DNA of 62,129 nt, filler included, from Diploschistes diacapsis (taxonomy: Eukaryota), in the NCBI GenBank assembly GCA_023645945.1. It is 10 parts of 10 records of this genome, joined end to end, with 100 filler letters (N's around TTAATTAATTAA, not from the genome) between each part and the next. Parts side by side here need not be neighbours in the genome. Positions count along the whole stretch, not along the records: positions 1 to 26,347 come from JALAIB010000182.1; 9 more parts are not named here. One strand, 5' to 3'. Both the position numbers and the translations under genes were made by a program. The notes under the pieces were generated by a model. That model saw only the letters and a list, made by a program, of their open reading frames with translations. It had not been told where the DNA came from and ran no database searches. How positions within the stretch are numbered: the stretch's first letter is position 1; every line of letters begins with the position of its first letter. This document shows positions 10,761 through 21,740 of this stretch, piece by piece.

Positions 10761-13700
10761 TTACTCTTCATCCTCTTCGTCCTCGTCTTCGTCCTCGTCC
10801 ATGCCCTCCGCCGCCGTGACCGTAAACTCCTGCTCCTGGTCCACGCCCACGTAACTATCCGAAATCAAAAAGAGCTTCAGATCCTGCTTCCCAGGCTCCG
10901 GCACCACATACTCCAGCTTGACCTCCAGCTTCGCGCCAAAGCTAACCTTCTTGATAGCCAGCAACGAGGTCCCGCCACCGACAACCAGCCACCAGTTCTC
11001 CATCTTCTTGACGGGGAAGTACGGCGCCTCGACCGTCGTGTCCGGCTCCTCCTCGTCGTCCTCGTCAACCTCTCGCTGGATCTTGACTTTCAGGTAGGAA
11101 GGCGTGCCGGCCGTGACCTCGTCCGGCTCCAGCACTTCGAACTCCATGTCCACGCTCGGGTACTTGTTCGTGAATTCGGCAGCCTGCACGAGCTGCTTTT
11201 TATCGAACCGGAGCGCCTTGACCATGGCGGCGGACTGCTTGCCGGACATGGCTTCTATGAAGTCAAAGACGTCGTTGATACCTGCTTTCTGCGCCGCTGC
11301 GATGGCTTCGGGGGTGAAGTGCGGGATTTGCTTGAGGGGGCTGTCGCGGTCCCACATTGCTTGTACGATCATCTGGCACACCTCCATGGCGCTTGTGGCG
11401 CTTTGAAGATGACCTTCTGAGGAGAGCACGTCGACACAGCCACTGAGCAGGGTGATAATCTTCGAGAGGATCACTTCTTGGTCTTTGACAAGATCGACCG
11501 GGAGGTCTAGACGGGAGAAGTGGGCTTGTAGGAGGATGAAGGCTTTGAAATGGGGAGATTCAAAGGCCACCTGAGCTAGCTTAACGGGTAGCCGGTCGTA
11601 GATTCGCTTTAGCAGGCCGTCTTCGTGCCGGCGAATTTGGATCGATTCGAATTCCGTGGCAGAGGTGACAATCTCGAGAATTTGCTTCAACTTCGTCTTT
11701 CCTGTCAACGACAATAAGAACGTTTGTATTGTGATGTATGAGATGTTGTAGTATGCTGCTATCATTGCGGCGTTGAGCGGCGTAATCGTATCGTCTTCCT
11801 CGTCGAGTTCGATCAGCTTAGCTTCCATCAAGTCCTTCAGTGTATTCTCGACAAGCTCGGAGAGGTGTGCGCTGAGTCCCTCGTGCGAAACGTCAACCAA
11901 ACCGTAGTAGCTGGGATTTGCTAATAGCCTCCTATAGAAGTAGGTGTACGTGGCCCAATCCACAGCATCCTGAGTCGAACCAATGACTTTTGTGCTTATC
12001 TCAGACACGAAAGCATCGTGCAGGTACACCTGCAGATGACTCTCTATAGGCAAAGCCTCGTTCAGAAACTTCTTGTAATAATCCCGCTTGACTTGAGGGA
12101 CCATCAATACGCCACGGCTGGATGTGTCTTCCACCCTGTTTGCTTTGCCAAACATCTGGAGTATTTCGCTAATAGGGTAATCGATGTACCGATGCTCTCG
12201 GCCTTCGAAAAATTGAGTGTTCATGATAATGACGAGATGTGCTGTGACGTCGAGTTCCCAACACACATCTCTAGACGCGACCATTACTTGGATTGCTCCA
12301 ATGCTGTAAAGATGCGAGACAATGCGCTTGTCGCTATTGCTCAGGGCCTCGTGGTAATAGCCAATGCCGTGAGAGATTGATTCAGCCAGAGCAAGCTCCT
12401 GGACTCGATCGAGCAAAGGCTGGATCTCCTCGATGTTTGCGTGCAGAAAGCGGTCCTCATCATCGTCGGCAATGCATGCGGACAGAAGATCTGCAGTTGA
12501 TGATCGAACTTGCTTTCTCGTGGGAACAAACACGATTGCTGGCTTATCTGGAGACATTTGCACGAGGTTCATGTAAGTCGGCCGGGCCATTGCAAGCATG
12601 AGCGATGGAAAGTGCGGTATCGAGAAAGACTGTATATGGAGATCAATAGGGGTGGAGCGAACATGGGGACTGAAGTTATAGATCGTATGTTTTGATGCTC
12701 CTATCCACTCTCCCAAGTCTCGAGCATTAGATAGAGGCACACCGAGGCCAATGATGCGCATTCCATTCTCTGTTTGTAAAGAAATGTAATGCATTCTCGA
12801 AACTATTACCTCGTACGTGAAGCCTCCTTGGCCACCGAGCATGTGAAGCTCGTCGGCAATGAAAACCTTCACAGTCTGAACATTCTTCCGCCGCTGCCAT
12901 TGTTTGGACAAGACATCCCACTGCGGTGGGGTAGCAAGCACAAGATCGCCTTGCTCGAGAATTTTTAGATCTGTCGTGATGTCGCCTGTCAATTTCACAA
13001 TACTCTTGCCTCCGCCCAATTGACCGAATCGTTTGCTCCAATCCGCATGTTTTTGATCAACAACTTCTTGAAAAGGAGCGATGTAGATAGCTCGGCCCTG
13101 AGCTCCAGAGGCCCAATGCCTCAACATCGCGAATTCCGCACACACGGTCTTGCCGCTGCCGGTTGAAGCGCCGATGAAGACATTATCGTCCGTAGAGAAA
13201 AGAGAGTTGAAAGTCTGCGTCTGAACTTTGTTAAAGGTGGCGAAGTCAGTATACAGCTTTTGGAAGTCTGGTCGTTTTAGCGCTGCTACCGACAGAGGCT
13301 GAAGATCAAGGAGTTGTGTATGAGCAGGAAATTTCTGAGGCAGAATGAGCTTCTGGAAGGAGAGCGTGACTCGAGTCTCAGAGTGCATCCACCTATCAGA
13401 GACTAGAGACACGAAGTAATGTGGCGGTTTAGGCTCTGCCATTGGTACTGTGAACTCGACGAGATGCTCGTTCATCTCAGCCGTTGCGTAGTCGCCTCGA
13501 AGCATGAATTGATCGCGATAAAGAATCTCTTCACCATCGCAATCTTCTACGAGAATCCAAAAATTTTCTGCTCTGCCATGTATCTCATTATCCCATTCGA
13601 ACGTGGGTGTGATTGTCAATTCGACTCGTAACATGGATCTCGTTATTGGTTGGACCTGCGCCTGGATATCTAGTCTTGGGAACTTTGCCACAAGGTTACA

Positions 13701-16700
13701 GACAGTCTTGCCAGCTCTAGGCATACCAAGCAACTCTCCCATTCGAGGAGGATCAAGGTCGAAGTAGCTTGACCAGGGCACGTTGATCTTCTCAGCTCTC
13801 TGCATTATGTCCTTGGGACACATCGAGAATTGTCGCAGAGGCGTCATGATGGGCCACATTCGCTTTTCAGCCATTTTGCAAAGATCCAATGCAGTCTTTG
13901 CGACAGACGACCATCCTTTCTCCAAAGCAATCTCAAAAATGGCACGTAATATTCGCCCGGCTGATTGTGTGACGTATACCAGATCAGCCATTAATGCCAG
14001 ACCCTCGAGCTTGAGTCGTGATATGTATGCCTGAAGGAGAACGTTGATTTTCGCGTGCGGCTCCTCAACGCTTTCCTTGACCGGAATAGGAACACGACCG
14101 AGAAGTTTCTGTAGCTCCACTTTTTCGTCCTGGCGTACAGGAATATACTTGAACTCGTCACTAAGCGCGAATATCCTAAACAGTTCGATGGTCGAGGTCA
14201 TGGGTTGGATGTGGTGATTGTAGGTCGACATGCTGGAATGGGTGATGTAGTAGTGCGAAGCGATTCGGCCCAAATCTGTAGAACGGATAGTACCTTTCTT
14301 CTCATCGTATTTAACAAGACCGCATTTATGAAGCACAGTCGCAGCCGAATGGATGAGATCGACTCTTTTTTGCTCAAGAGCATCATCTTCTTCGTAGTCG
14401 GCTCCAACGCTATACAAGCCAGGCGAACGAAGCATTCGTACAAATAGATAAGTGTATCCAAGCCATTCGACCCCTTCGGTGCGCGAACGTATGTTGCCAA
14501 GTACAACCTCTGCATTGAGGTTGTCCGCCAGCTTACCAACAAGTTGACTTTCTATTGGTAGCTGTTGGTTTAGCAAGGAAAGATAGTACTGAATCTCAGA
14601 CTGCGTCGTGATTATTATACCTTCACCATATGTGTCATATTGAGGACGACCAGCGCGCCCTAGCATCTGCAGAACGTCTTGAGGGCTAAGCTCAACCCAA
14701 CTTCCTTTTTCTGGAGAATAGACCTGCGTTCCCTTGATAACGACAGCATGAGCTGGGAGATTGACGCCCCATGCAAGAGTAGCCGTGCAAACGAGTACCT
14801 GGATCATGCCTTCCGAGAAGAGTTCTTCGACTGATGTCCTATCAGGTCGGCTCATTCCAGCATGATGGATCCCAAACCCGTAAGGTAGTAGATCCTTGAG
14901 ATCGCGATCTTGCACGTTTTGGGCTTCTTCGTTAAGCACTTCACGACTCGCGGCATCGCTTCTCAAGATCTGGCCAATAGTCTCAAGTTCAAGAGCCTTA
15001 TCCCTTATATACTTAGCGGTCTTTGCAGTCTCTTTTCGCGAATGAACGAATATAAGGAGCTGCTGCTTGTTCGTGCCAACTTGTTCTATGACCTTGGTGT
15101 AACAGACGTCGTTCATCGTCTTGAGTTGCTTAATCGGCTTTCTATCTGTGACCCCAATGAATTCTTGTCGAAGCGGACAAGGACGATAGGAGCTGTCGAA
15201 ATGGAACAAGCCTTTCTGAGGATCGACTCGAAGGAAGCTTGCAACATCGCGGTAGTTAGGAAGTGTAGCACTGAGCCCAACAAGGCGGACAGGATCTCCT
15301 GTTTTTTCAATCTTGCGTATTGTTCGACTAACGATGCTTTCCAGGACCGGACCTCGATCGTCATGGAGCAGATGGATTTCGTCGATGCATATCAAACGCA
15401 CCAGATTTGTGTAGCTTAAGTCTGTCGCTTTGCGGGTGATTACGTCCCATTTCTCCGGGGTAGTGACAATAATTTGGGTATCAGCAATTTGCTGTTTGGT
15501 AAGTTGTCGGTCGCCCGTAAGTTCTGATACCCTGATCCCGTAGGATTCAAGACGCTTGCCAAAGTTCCCTACCTGTTCTTGAACCAATGCTTTCAATGGG
15601 GCAATGTAAACTATCTTGAAATCGTCGAGCATAATCTCGCCTGTTTCTGGGTTTCGATGCTTACCAATTTCTCGTAGCATTGCAAGCATCGCGACATTGG
15701 TCTTTCCCGAACCAGTTGGTGCACATATCAGTAAATTACCATCGTCGTTGAAAGCAGAATCGTAACAAGACGTTTGAATTCGGTTGAGCTTTGAAGCTGA
15801 ACCAAACCCAGGGCGCGCCCATTCTGGCAATTCAGAAGAAGACATAAGAGCTTTGTCGTCGGCGTTCTTGTGCGATTTTGGTGCAGGGACGTGGATTTCT
15901 TCGTACCCTTTGAATGACCTTTTAGTGGAGCCTTGAGGAAGTTTGACATTGGGATTTGTCATAAGATGATTGCCTTGGTCGAAAACCAGGTTCTCCAGAT
16001 TAATTAACTTCTTAGGCAATAAACTTCCAAGACGGTTCCCCTCTTCCTTGACCTTTGGCTCCTCCTTCTCCGGCATACTTATATCCATCAAGTCAAGCTT
16101 CATCTTTTTGCTAGCTCTGGCGGTATCGCTTTCCTCGCGGCCATACAACTCGTTAACTACAGTCCTTTGGCCCGCGGCAACCAACTCCTGTTCGAGATCC
16201 GCTCGCTCCTGTGAACCTTCCGGCAACCGTCGCCATCGAGTAACAAAAACGACTTTGCTTCGGTTCACCACAAGCAGCCTGACAATCTCGTTATGTTCGT
16301 AGTCAAATAGCTCCATGAGATCGTTTTCGACTTCCCGTGTGCCGTACTCTGCATTCTCCAGTATTTCCAGTGCTTTTTGTGTTTTTGACTGCTGCTCATG
16401 AGGATCAAAGTAGACTGATCCAATCTTTCTCTGCAACCAGTAGGCATCTATATCCCTTGCAGAGAGTGCATAAACCCGGTCTTTCTCGCGGTCTTGTATT
16501 CGTGTAGATACGCCGCCATCAATTATCATCTCATCGTCTTCGGACGCAATGGATTCGTCCCCAGGCTTTCGTGTATCGCCGTCTCTGAATTCTTCATCAG
16601 CGTCAGACTCGCTATCCTCATCTCGAACTTCGTTGTCCCGGGCGATCCCGTCTTCGTCCTCGTTCTCCGAATCATCAAAAACAACAGCGACACCTTGTTT

Positions 16701-17330
16701 CTCATCCAAGGCTTCTTCTTCGCCGTTCCCTGTACCGTCCATGTCTTCATCCTGGGCATCGTAGTCGGTAATCTTCTTTCCCAGATTTACGAGCTCGTTG
16801 AAATGCTTCGAGTTCATAGATATCCCGAGAAGATCATCTATCTCTTTCTTTTTGTCAAAGTCCTTCATGTTCTCATCCTTGAGGTATTCCAGTACGGCAT
16901 CGGCCGCGCTGCGAACCACTTCATGTGGTACGTCGCCCAAGCTGTTCGCTGTTTTCGAAAGGATATGGTTGTAAATTTCCCGAGTCGCTGGCGTCCTTGG
17001 CTTATATCGCAGACCTTCGACAAACGAATCTGCCGTCGAAAAGGCTTGTGTGGGTTCTCTCTTCCTCTTCCTCTCTCGCTCTAGTACATCCGCCCCTTCC
17101 CGAATATCGCCGCGCTCAACGTCCGCTCCTGGCCGTTTCTTTCTCGTTTCATCAACCTTTACGCGACTGGCGCGCATACCCATATCTCTGACGTTGATGC
17201 GCCCAGCGAGGGACTCGGGATCTCCTGTCGCCTCATCTGTGCGTCGAGTAACGAATCGGCGGTCATGCTGGAGGACCAGATTCGACATCGCCGAATACTT
17301 GTATTGCGAGACATTGTTGGGGTCCGCCAT
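10761..17330 (-). CDS. BRR2: U5 snRNP 200-kDa Ski2-like RNA helicase Brr2
   Basis: 2189-aa intronless ORF with the N-terminal QYKYSAMSNLVL and two helicase cassettes (APTGSGKT/DEIH and STGSGKT/DELH), each followed by a Sec63 domain. Confidence 0.98.
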   Translation of the reverse strand: MADPNNVSQYKYSAMSNLVLQHDRRFVTRRTDEATGDPESLAGRINVRDMGMRASRVKVDETRKKRPGADVERGDIREGADVLERERKRKREPTQAFSTADSFVEGLRYKPRTPATREIYNHILSKTANSLGDVPHEVVRSAADAVLEYLKDENMKDFDKKKEIDDLLGISMNSKHFNELVNLGKKITDYDAQDEDMDGTGNGEEEALDEKQGVAVVFDDSENEDEDGIARDNEVRDEDSESDADEEFRDGDTRKPGDESIASEDDEMIIDGGVSTRIQDREKDRVYALSARDIDAYWLQRKIGSVYFDPHEQQSKTQKALEILENAEYGTREVENDLMELFDYEHNEIVRLLVVNRSKVVFVTRWRRLPEGSQERADLEQELVAAGQRTVVNELYGREESDTARASKKMKLDLMDISMPEKEEPKVKEEGNRLGSLLPKKLINLENLVFDQGNHLMTNPNVKLPQGSTKRSFKGYEEIHVPAPKSHKNADDKALMSSSELPEWARPGFGSASKLNRIQTSCYDSAFNDDGNLLICAPTGSGKTNVAMLAMLREIGKHRNPETGEIMLDDFKIVYIAPLKALVQEQVGNFGKRLESYGIRVSELTGDRQLTKQQIADTQIIVTTPEKWDVITRKATDLSYTNLVRLICIDEIHLLHDDRGPVLESIVSRTIRKIEKTGDPVRLVGLSATLPNYRDVASFLRVDPQKGLFHFDSSYRPCPLRQEFIGVTDRKPIKQLKTMNDVCYTKVIEQVGTNKQQLLIFVHSRKETAKTAKYIRDKALELETIGQILRSDAASREVLNEEAQNVQDRDLKDLLPYGFGIHHAGMSRPDRTSVEELFSEGMIQVLVCTATLAWGVNLPAHAVVIKGTQVYSPEKGSWVELSPQDVLQMLGRAGRPQYDTYGEGIIITTQSEIQYYLSLLNQQLPIESQLVGKLADNLNAEVVLGNIRSRTEGVEWLGYTYLFVRMLRSPGLYSVGADYEEDDALEQKRVDLIHSAATVLHKCGLVKYDEKKGTIRSTDLGRIASHYYITHSSMSTYNHHIQPMTSTIELFRIFALSDEFKYIPVRQDEKVELQKLLGRVPIPVKESVEEPHAKINVLLQAYISRLKLEGLALMADLVYVTQSAGRILRAIFEIALEKGWSSVAKTALDLCKMAEKRMWPIMTPLRQFSMCPKDIMQRAEKINVPWSSYFDLDPPRMGELLGMPRAGKTVCNLVAKFPRLDIQAQVQPITRSMLRVELTITPTFEWDNEIHGRAENFWILVEDCDGEEILYRDQFMLRGDYATAEMNEHLVEFTVPMAEPKPPHYFVSLVSDRWMHSETRVTLSFQKLILPQKFPAHTQLLDLQPLSVAALKRPDFQKLYTDFATFNKVQTQTFNSLFSTDDNVFIGASTGSGKTVCAEFAMLRHWASGAQGRAIYIAPFQEVVDQKHADWSKRFGQLGGGKSIVKLTGDITTDLKILEQGDLVLATPPQWDVLSKQWQRRKNVQTVKVFIADELHMLGGQGGFTYEVIVSRMHYISLQTENGMRIIGLGVPLSNARDLGEWIGASKHTIYNFSPHVRSTPIDLHIQSFSIPHFPSLMLAMARPTYMNLVQMSPDKPAIVFVPTRKQVRSSTADLLSACIADDDEDRFLHANIEEIQPLLDRVQELALAESISHGIGYYHEALSNSDKRIVSHLYSIGAIQVMVASRDVCWELDVTAHLVIIMNTQFFEGREHRYIDYPISEILQMFGKANRVEDTSSRGVLMVPQVKRDYYKKFLNEALPIESHLQVYLHDAFVSEISTKVIGSTQDAVDWATYTYFYRRLLANPSYYGLVDVSHEGLSAHLSELVENTLKDLMEAKLIELDEEDDTITPLNAAMIAAYYNISYITIQTFLLSLTGKTKLKQILEIVTSATEFESIQIRRHEDGLLKRIYDRLPVKLAQVAFESPHFKAFILLQAHFSRLDLPVDLVKDQEVILSKIITLLSGCVDVLSSEGHLQSATSAMEVCQMIVQAMWDRDSPLKQIPHFTPEAIAAAQKAGINDVFDFIEAMSGKQSAAMVKALRFDKKQLVQAAEFTNKYPSVDMEFEVLEPDEVTAGTPSYLKVKIQREVDEDDEEEPDTTVEAPYFPVKKMENWWLVVGGGTSLLAIKKVSFGAKLEVKLEYVVPEPGKQDLKLFLISDSYVGVDQEQEFTVTAAEGMDEDEDEDEEDEE

Positions 17331-17783
17331 CTTGCCTGGTTTACTCGGTCTCAGACCTTGGCGTTGAGTATTACCTCGATATTGAGCGCAGACTGGGACA
17401 GCTTCAAAGAAGGAGTCGATGCTCTAAGAAATTTCCCTAGCACCGCCACTTTGAGCGCCACAAGTTGCGGGGAGCTAGGATCGGGTCTGTGGCGGATCCG
17501 TGGCTTAGGTCAGTCTAAGATGCGACTCAGAAGCTCAGAGATGAACAGGATTGAAAAGCTTCTACTGGTATACAATCACACTCAACGTCCCTGTGAGAAA
17601 CGAGGAGCCTCTTTTCACTTCCCTTGCAGGCGATTGCAGTACTCTCACATGTGTGAAGTCGACTTCTCAAAGCCCCTCGGTCCCTTACATTAGTGGCACC
17701 ATCGCCCGCTGACATATTGGACTCATCTAGAATTCGTTGCGTTTGGAATTCCAAGGATTGGTCGCGATTGGTTTTAAAGAAAC

Positions 17784-17791
17784 TATAAATA
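17784..17791 (+). promoter_or_regulatory. Candidate TATA box for TRR1
   Basis: TATAAATA ~80 nt upstream of the candidate CUG start and ~220 nt upstream of the ATG. Confidence 0.45.
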
Positions 17792-18002
17792 CTAGGGACA
17801 ACGTCTACGCTCGACGTGTTTTCGTCCTAGAACCTCCGCATTTGCTTCTACCCAGTCTTTCAAACTGTTTTCCTCGGCCTTTCGCAGAGCCACCACCTTC
17901 CCCTTCAGAGCCGCCGCACCCTTTAGCGTGGTAGCCACCAGCTCTCTGCATAAGCAACGGTCCACGGCAGCAAGCGCGCCTTTGCGCAGCTTAGGCAGGA
18001 AT

Positions 18003-19181
18003 ATGCATACTCGGGTAGTCAGTACGTGTCCTCAGATCCCCATCATATTGACATACCCTGGCTCACTATAGCGCCCCAGTCATCGGCTCCGGCCCAGCAG
18101 CACATACAGCAGCTGTCTACCTAGCTCGTGCGGAGCTCAAGCGTATGTCTCCCTCTCTTCCGTCTCTTGATTCATAACCCGCTAACACCCCGCCTCAGCC
18201 GTCCTCTATGAAGGTATGCTGGCCAACGGCATTGCGGCCGGCGGCCAACTCACCACCACCACGGACGTCGAGAACTACCCCGGTTTCCCCGACGGCATCA
18301 ACGGCTCTACGCTAATGGACGGTATGCGCGCCCAATCCGCCCGCTTCGGCACTACGATCCACACGGAAACCATCTCCCGCATCGACCTCTCCTCGCGGCC
18401 CTTCAAGCTCTGGCGGGAATACTCCGATTCCCCCACCGACTCGCCCGCATGCACCGCCGACGCTGTGATCATAGCGACGGGCGCCTCTGCAAGGAGATTG
18501 AACCTGCCAGGAGAGGACAAGTACTGGCAGAACGGGGTCTCCGCGTGCGCGGTATGCGACGGCGCGGTGCCGATATTCCGGAACAAGCCCCTCTTCGTGA
18601 TCGGCGGCGGCGACTCAGCCGCCGAAGAAGCGCTATTTCTAACAAAATACGGTAGTTCCGTAACGGTGCTGGTGCGGCGGGAGGTGCTGCGCGCCAGCAA
18701 GACGATGGCGAAGCGGCTGACGAGCCACCCGAAGGTAACGGTGCGGTACAACAGCGTCGCGACGCAGGTGCTGGGCGAGGAGAAGAAGAACGGGCTGATG
18801 ACGCACCTGAAGGTCAAGTCGACGAAGACCGGGGAAGAGGAGACATTGGCGGGGTCAGGCCTTTTCTACGCGGTCGGGCACGACCCCGCGACGGCGCTGG
18901 TCAAGGGGCAGATCAAGACGGACGAAGACGGATACGTGCTCACGACGCCGGGAACGAGTTACACGAGCGTCGAGGGCGTGTTTGCCGCGGGAGACGTGCA
19001 GGATAAGAGATATCGGCAGGCCATCACGAGTGCGGGGAGCGGGTGCATCGCGGCGCTGGAGGCGGAGAGGTGGTTGGCGGAGAAGGAGGATCTGGAGCTG
19101 CCGCTGGAGAAGGTGAGCGAGGTTAAGAAGCCAGAGGGGGAGAAGGAAGGGCCACAGTATAGTTCCAATCCGCTGTTGTAA
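18003..19181 (+). CDS. TRR1: NADPH thioredoxin reductase (low-MW type), 3 exons
   Basis: [38 protein letters not shown]..., redox motif CAVC, GGGDSA NADPH motif, [21 protein letters not shown]. Confidence 0.97.
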
Positions 19182-19629
19182 GAGAAGGGTAAAGAGAAAG
19201 AGATGTTGCTAGAGGGGTTTGGGGAATAGCTGTAAACGGTGTACTTGGTAGAGGTGCATATTCAAGACTATATTAGCAATAGAAACAATATATGGTTTTT
19301 GTAGGTAGGAATATACAGTGATGCAGATTGGCGCAAAACCTACCGAGTTCTCAACATAGTCGGGTGCTGATGAGATTGGGCCGAGACGGGGGATCAGGTC
19401 GTCTGAATTAACTGCCGATTATTTTGTGCGTTGTAGCCATGACAAATTCAAAACATTCCTCCAGCGCCTAGCTACATGATGTGGTTCTGAAGTAATCCAA
19501 CTTCAGTCAAGTATCGTTTTCAACCTGGAAAGATGCAACGGTTGTCCAAGTCTATCTAGCGTAAAAGGAAGGAAGGCGACACTCGAAAGGCGTAAAAACA
19601 GATAAGCAGTCTCCCTCGAAACAAATTAT

Positions 19630-21274
19630 TTACATCTCAACCAACTGCCCCAATCGGCCCTCGATAGCTTCGCGACCCTCGAGAGTCTTCCACACCTCGT
19701 GCGGCGCTTTTTTTACAACATCCCAGGCAATCAAGTTCTCCGTGATCTTGGTCAGCTGCTGCTGTTTATCGGCCCAATCTTTGTTGCTTCTGTAAAGAAT
19801 TCCAGAGCTCACAACGACTAACGCAGTATCTTTATCTTGGATATTTCTCGCTTGCGTAATCTCCGTCTTCGTTAGTGACGTTGCAACCAGGTTTTCCTGC
19901 AGCTTAGATTTGATGAATTTGCCACTTTGATCCGCCGATCTTCCATACACACGATCCTCGCGGGTTCGCCCGCGGAAGAGGGCGCCCATCAGGCGTTGAA
20001 GTCCAAGAGGCGAGATGATACCCCACGCCCATAGCAGAAAGCCATGAGTGGGTTCTCCGATTTTCCAAAGTAGATCCTCGTGAAGGGGGTCAATCATAAG
20101 AAGGGCTTTAACGTATCCACGGTTGCGGCTTGAGAATATCCTAGAGTGGATGCTACCTATACCAGCCGACACGAGAATCCATGGACCCTCTTCACCTGCC
20201 TGTGCCAAGGATTCCATAAGGGCTTCGACAGACATGCCAGCCGAGTGAGGTGACGGAGCATTATCCGAGAAGGCCAACCCAGGGCGATCCCAGTAGCAGT
20301 ATCGGGCAATCGTGCCGTTCTTGTATGCATTGTCAAAGAATGGCTCCATGGTACCCTCGTAGGGGTATTCGCCAGCTTCGACTAGTACAGTTGGGAATCC
20401 CTGTTCTGCGTACGTTGCATTGCCGATGCACTGCACGTGAACCTGGTATTTCCCATCATCGACGTACCATCGCTTGCCGGGAGCCTCCAGCGACGCATCA
20501 CGCGCTCTGAGGACAAGAGTCGCAGTCAAAAGTACCGTCACAATGATGATGACGACCATGATGATCGTGTAAGCAAAAACTCCGCACCATTCCCTTAACG
20601 ATCGTCTCGTCTCGCGTCTGCCTGTAAGACGCTCTTCTTCCTCGGATTTACCCCATGCAACGATCCTGTCTGTCATGACGCTATATCCAGCGATTGCTGT
20701 GGCCCACACCACAGAAGCGATACCGACCCATCCCTCCTCCAATCGCAATTGAGGTATCGAGACAATCATGATCATGTCAACCAGAAGTAGCACAGCGGTC
20801 AACATGCTTGTGACTTCTAGTGCTTTTGATGGGATTGAGAAAAAAAGTATCGCAACGAGAAGATTGCCAAGGGTAAGCGTGGTGTAGGATACGTCGAAGA
20901 ATCCGGATCCTCTGGAATGCATACCCGGTGGACTGACGAAGATTGAAACCAACAGTAGTACCCACCAAAGAGAAGTGACAACAAGCAAGAGGATGGCGAA
21001 GTAACGAACGGCTCGGACGCTCCAAAGGTTGTATGGTGTAACCTGCATGAGAATTTAGCATCAATACTCCAACTTATTGAGCGTTGACTCTTACAGCTGG
21101 GTCATCGGGGTCTAAGTAGCCGTCATTTCGCGAAGATGGGAGAAGCCTCGTCCTTTCGTCTGCATCTTGACTTCGACGCTCATGTGCATTGTGACTACCC
21201 TCAGCATGGCGTTGTCCATCTTCGTCTACTGCATTGTCTCGTTTCGAATCCCTGGTGCCCCAAAGTGAGACCAT
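19630..21274 (-). CDS. Integral membrane protein with C-terminal alpha/beta-hydrolase-like domain (2 exons)
   Basis: Exon 1 MVSLWG...LDPDDPA joined by a GTAAGA..CAG intron to VTPYNLW. About 5 hydrophobic helices, then RYCYWDRPGLAFSDNAPSP and ILVSAGIG, where the nucleophile elbow looks degenerate. Confidence 0.85.
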
Positions 21275-21673
21275 GGTGATTAAGAATTTAACAAGCCAGA
21301 AGACCCGAGCTTAATCAGAAAGACTCTGAAGAAGGAATTGCTGTCCCAGATGAGTTGAAACACAGAGCTCATGTGCTATAAGCGTAGATGCCTTCCGAAA
21401 GATCCAGATCAACTTCAGCTTCACAGTTCACGACTAACTCAAGAAAATAACTGGTTTAGGATAATGAAGCGAGGATAGGGAGTTGAAAACCAAGAGAGAT
21501 GAAGCAGAGTTAGCAGTCTATGATCACACAGGAAGCATCAACCCGTGTAGCCATGATTTTACCTTAGACGTAATGGTGATGGGGTGGGGAATGCACGTGG
21601 TGGTGGTCAGCCCAGCCCTGGATGTATTACACCAACAACCTCATAGCTTCAAAGCAATCAAAAAAAATACTTC

Positions 21674-21678
21674 AAAAA
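21674..21678 (-). terminator. RNA polymerase III terminator (T5; second T-run at ~21660-21667)
   Basis: TTTTT 6 nt downstream of the tRNA discriminator base on the transcribed strand. Confidence 0.8.
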
Positions 21679-21719
21679 CAGAGACTCTCCTGCTGGGAAT
21701 CGAACCCAGGTCTCCCGCG

Positions 21720-21727
21720 GTTTGTTA
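21720..21727 (-). other. Canonical tRNA intron at position 37/38 (8 nt, TAACAAAC)
   Basis: Insert one base 3' of anticodon GTC. Its removal restores the 7-nt loop and the TCCGC/GCGGG stem. Confidence 0.85.
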
Positions 21728-21740
21728 TGACAAGCGGAAA

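Noticed and set aside
10877..17367. Numerous antisense and alternative-frame ORFs inside BRR2 (likewise in TRR1, calnexin, NBS1)
   Set aside because: These are shadow ORFs expected from codon bias in long coding regions.
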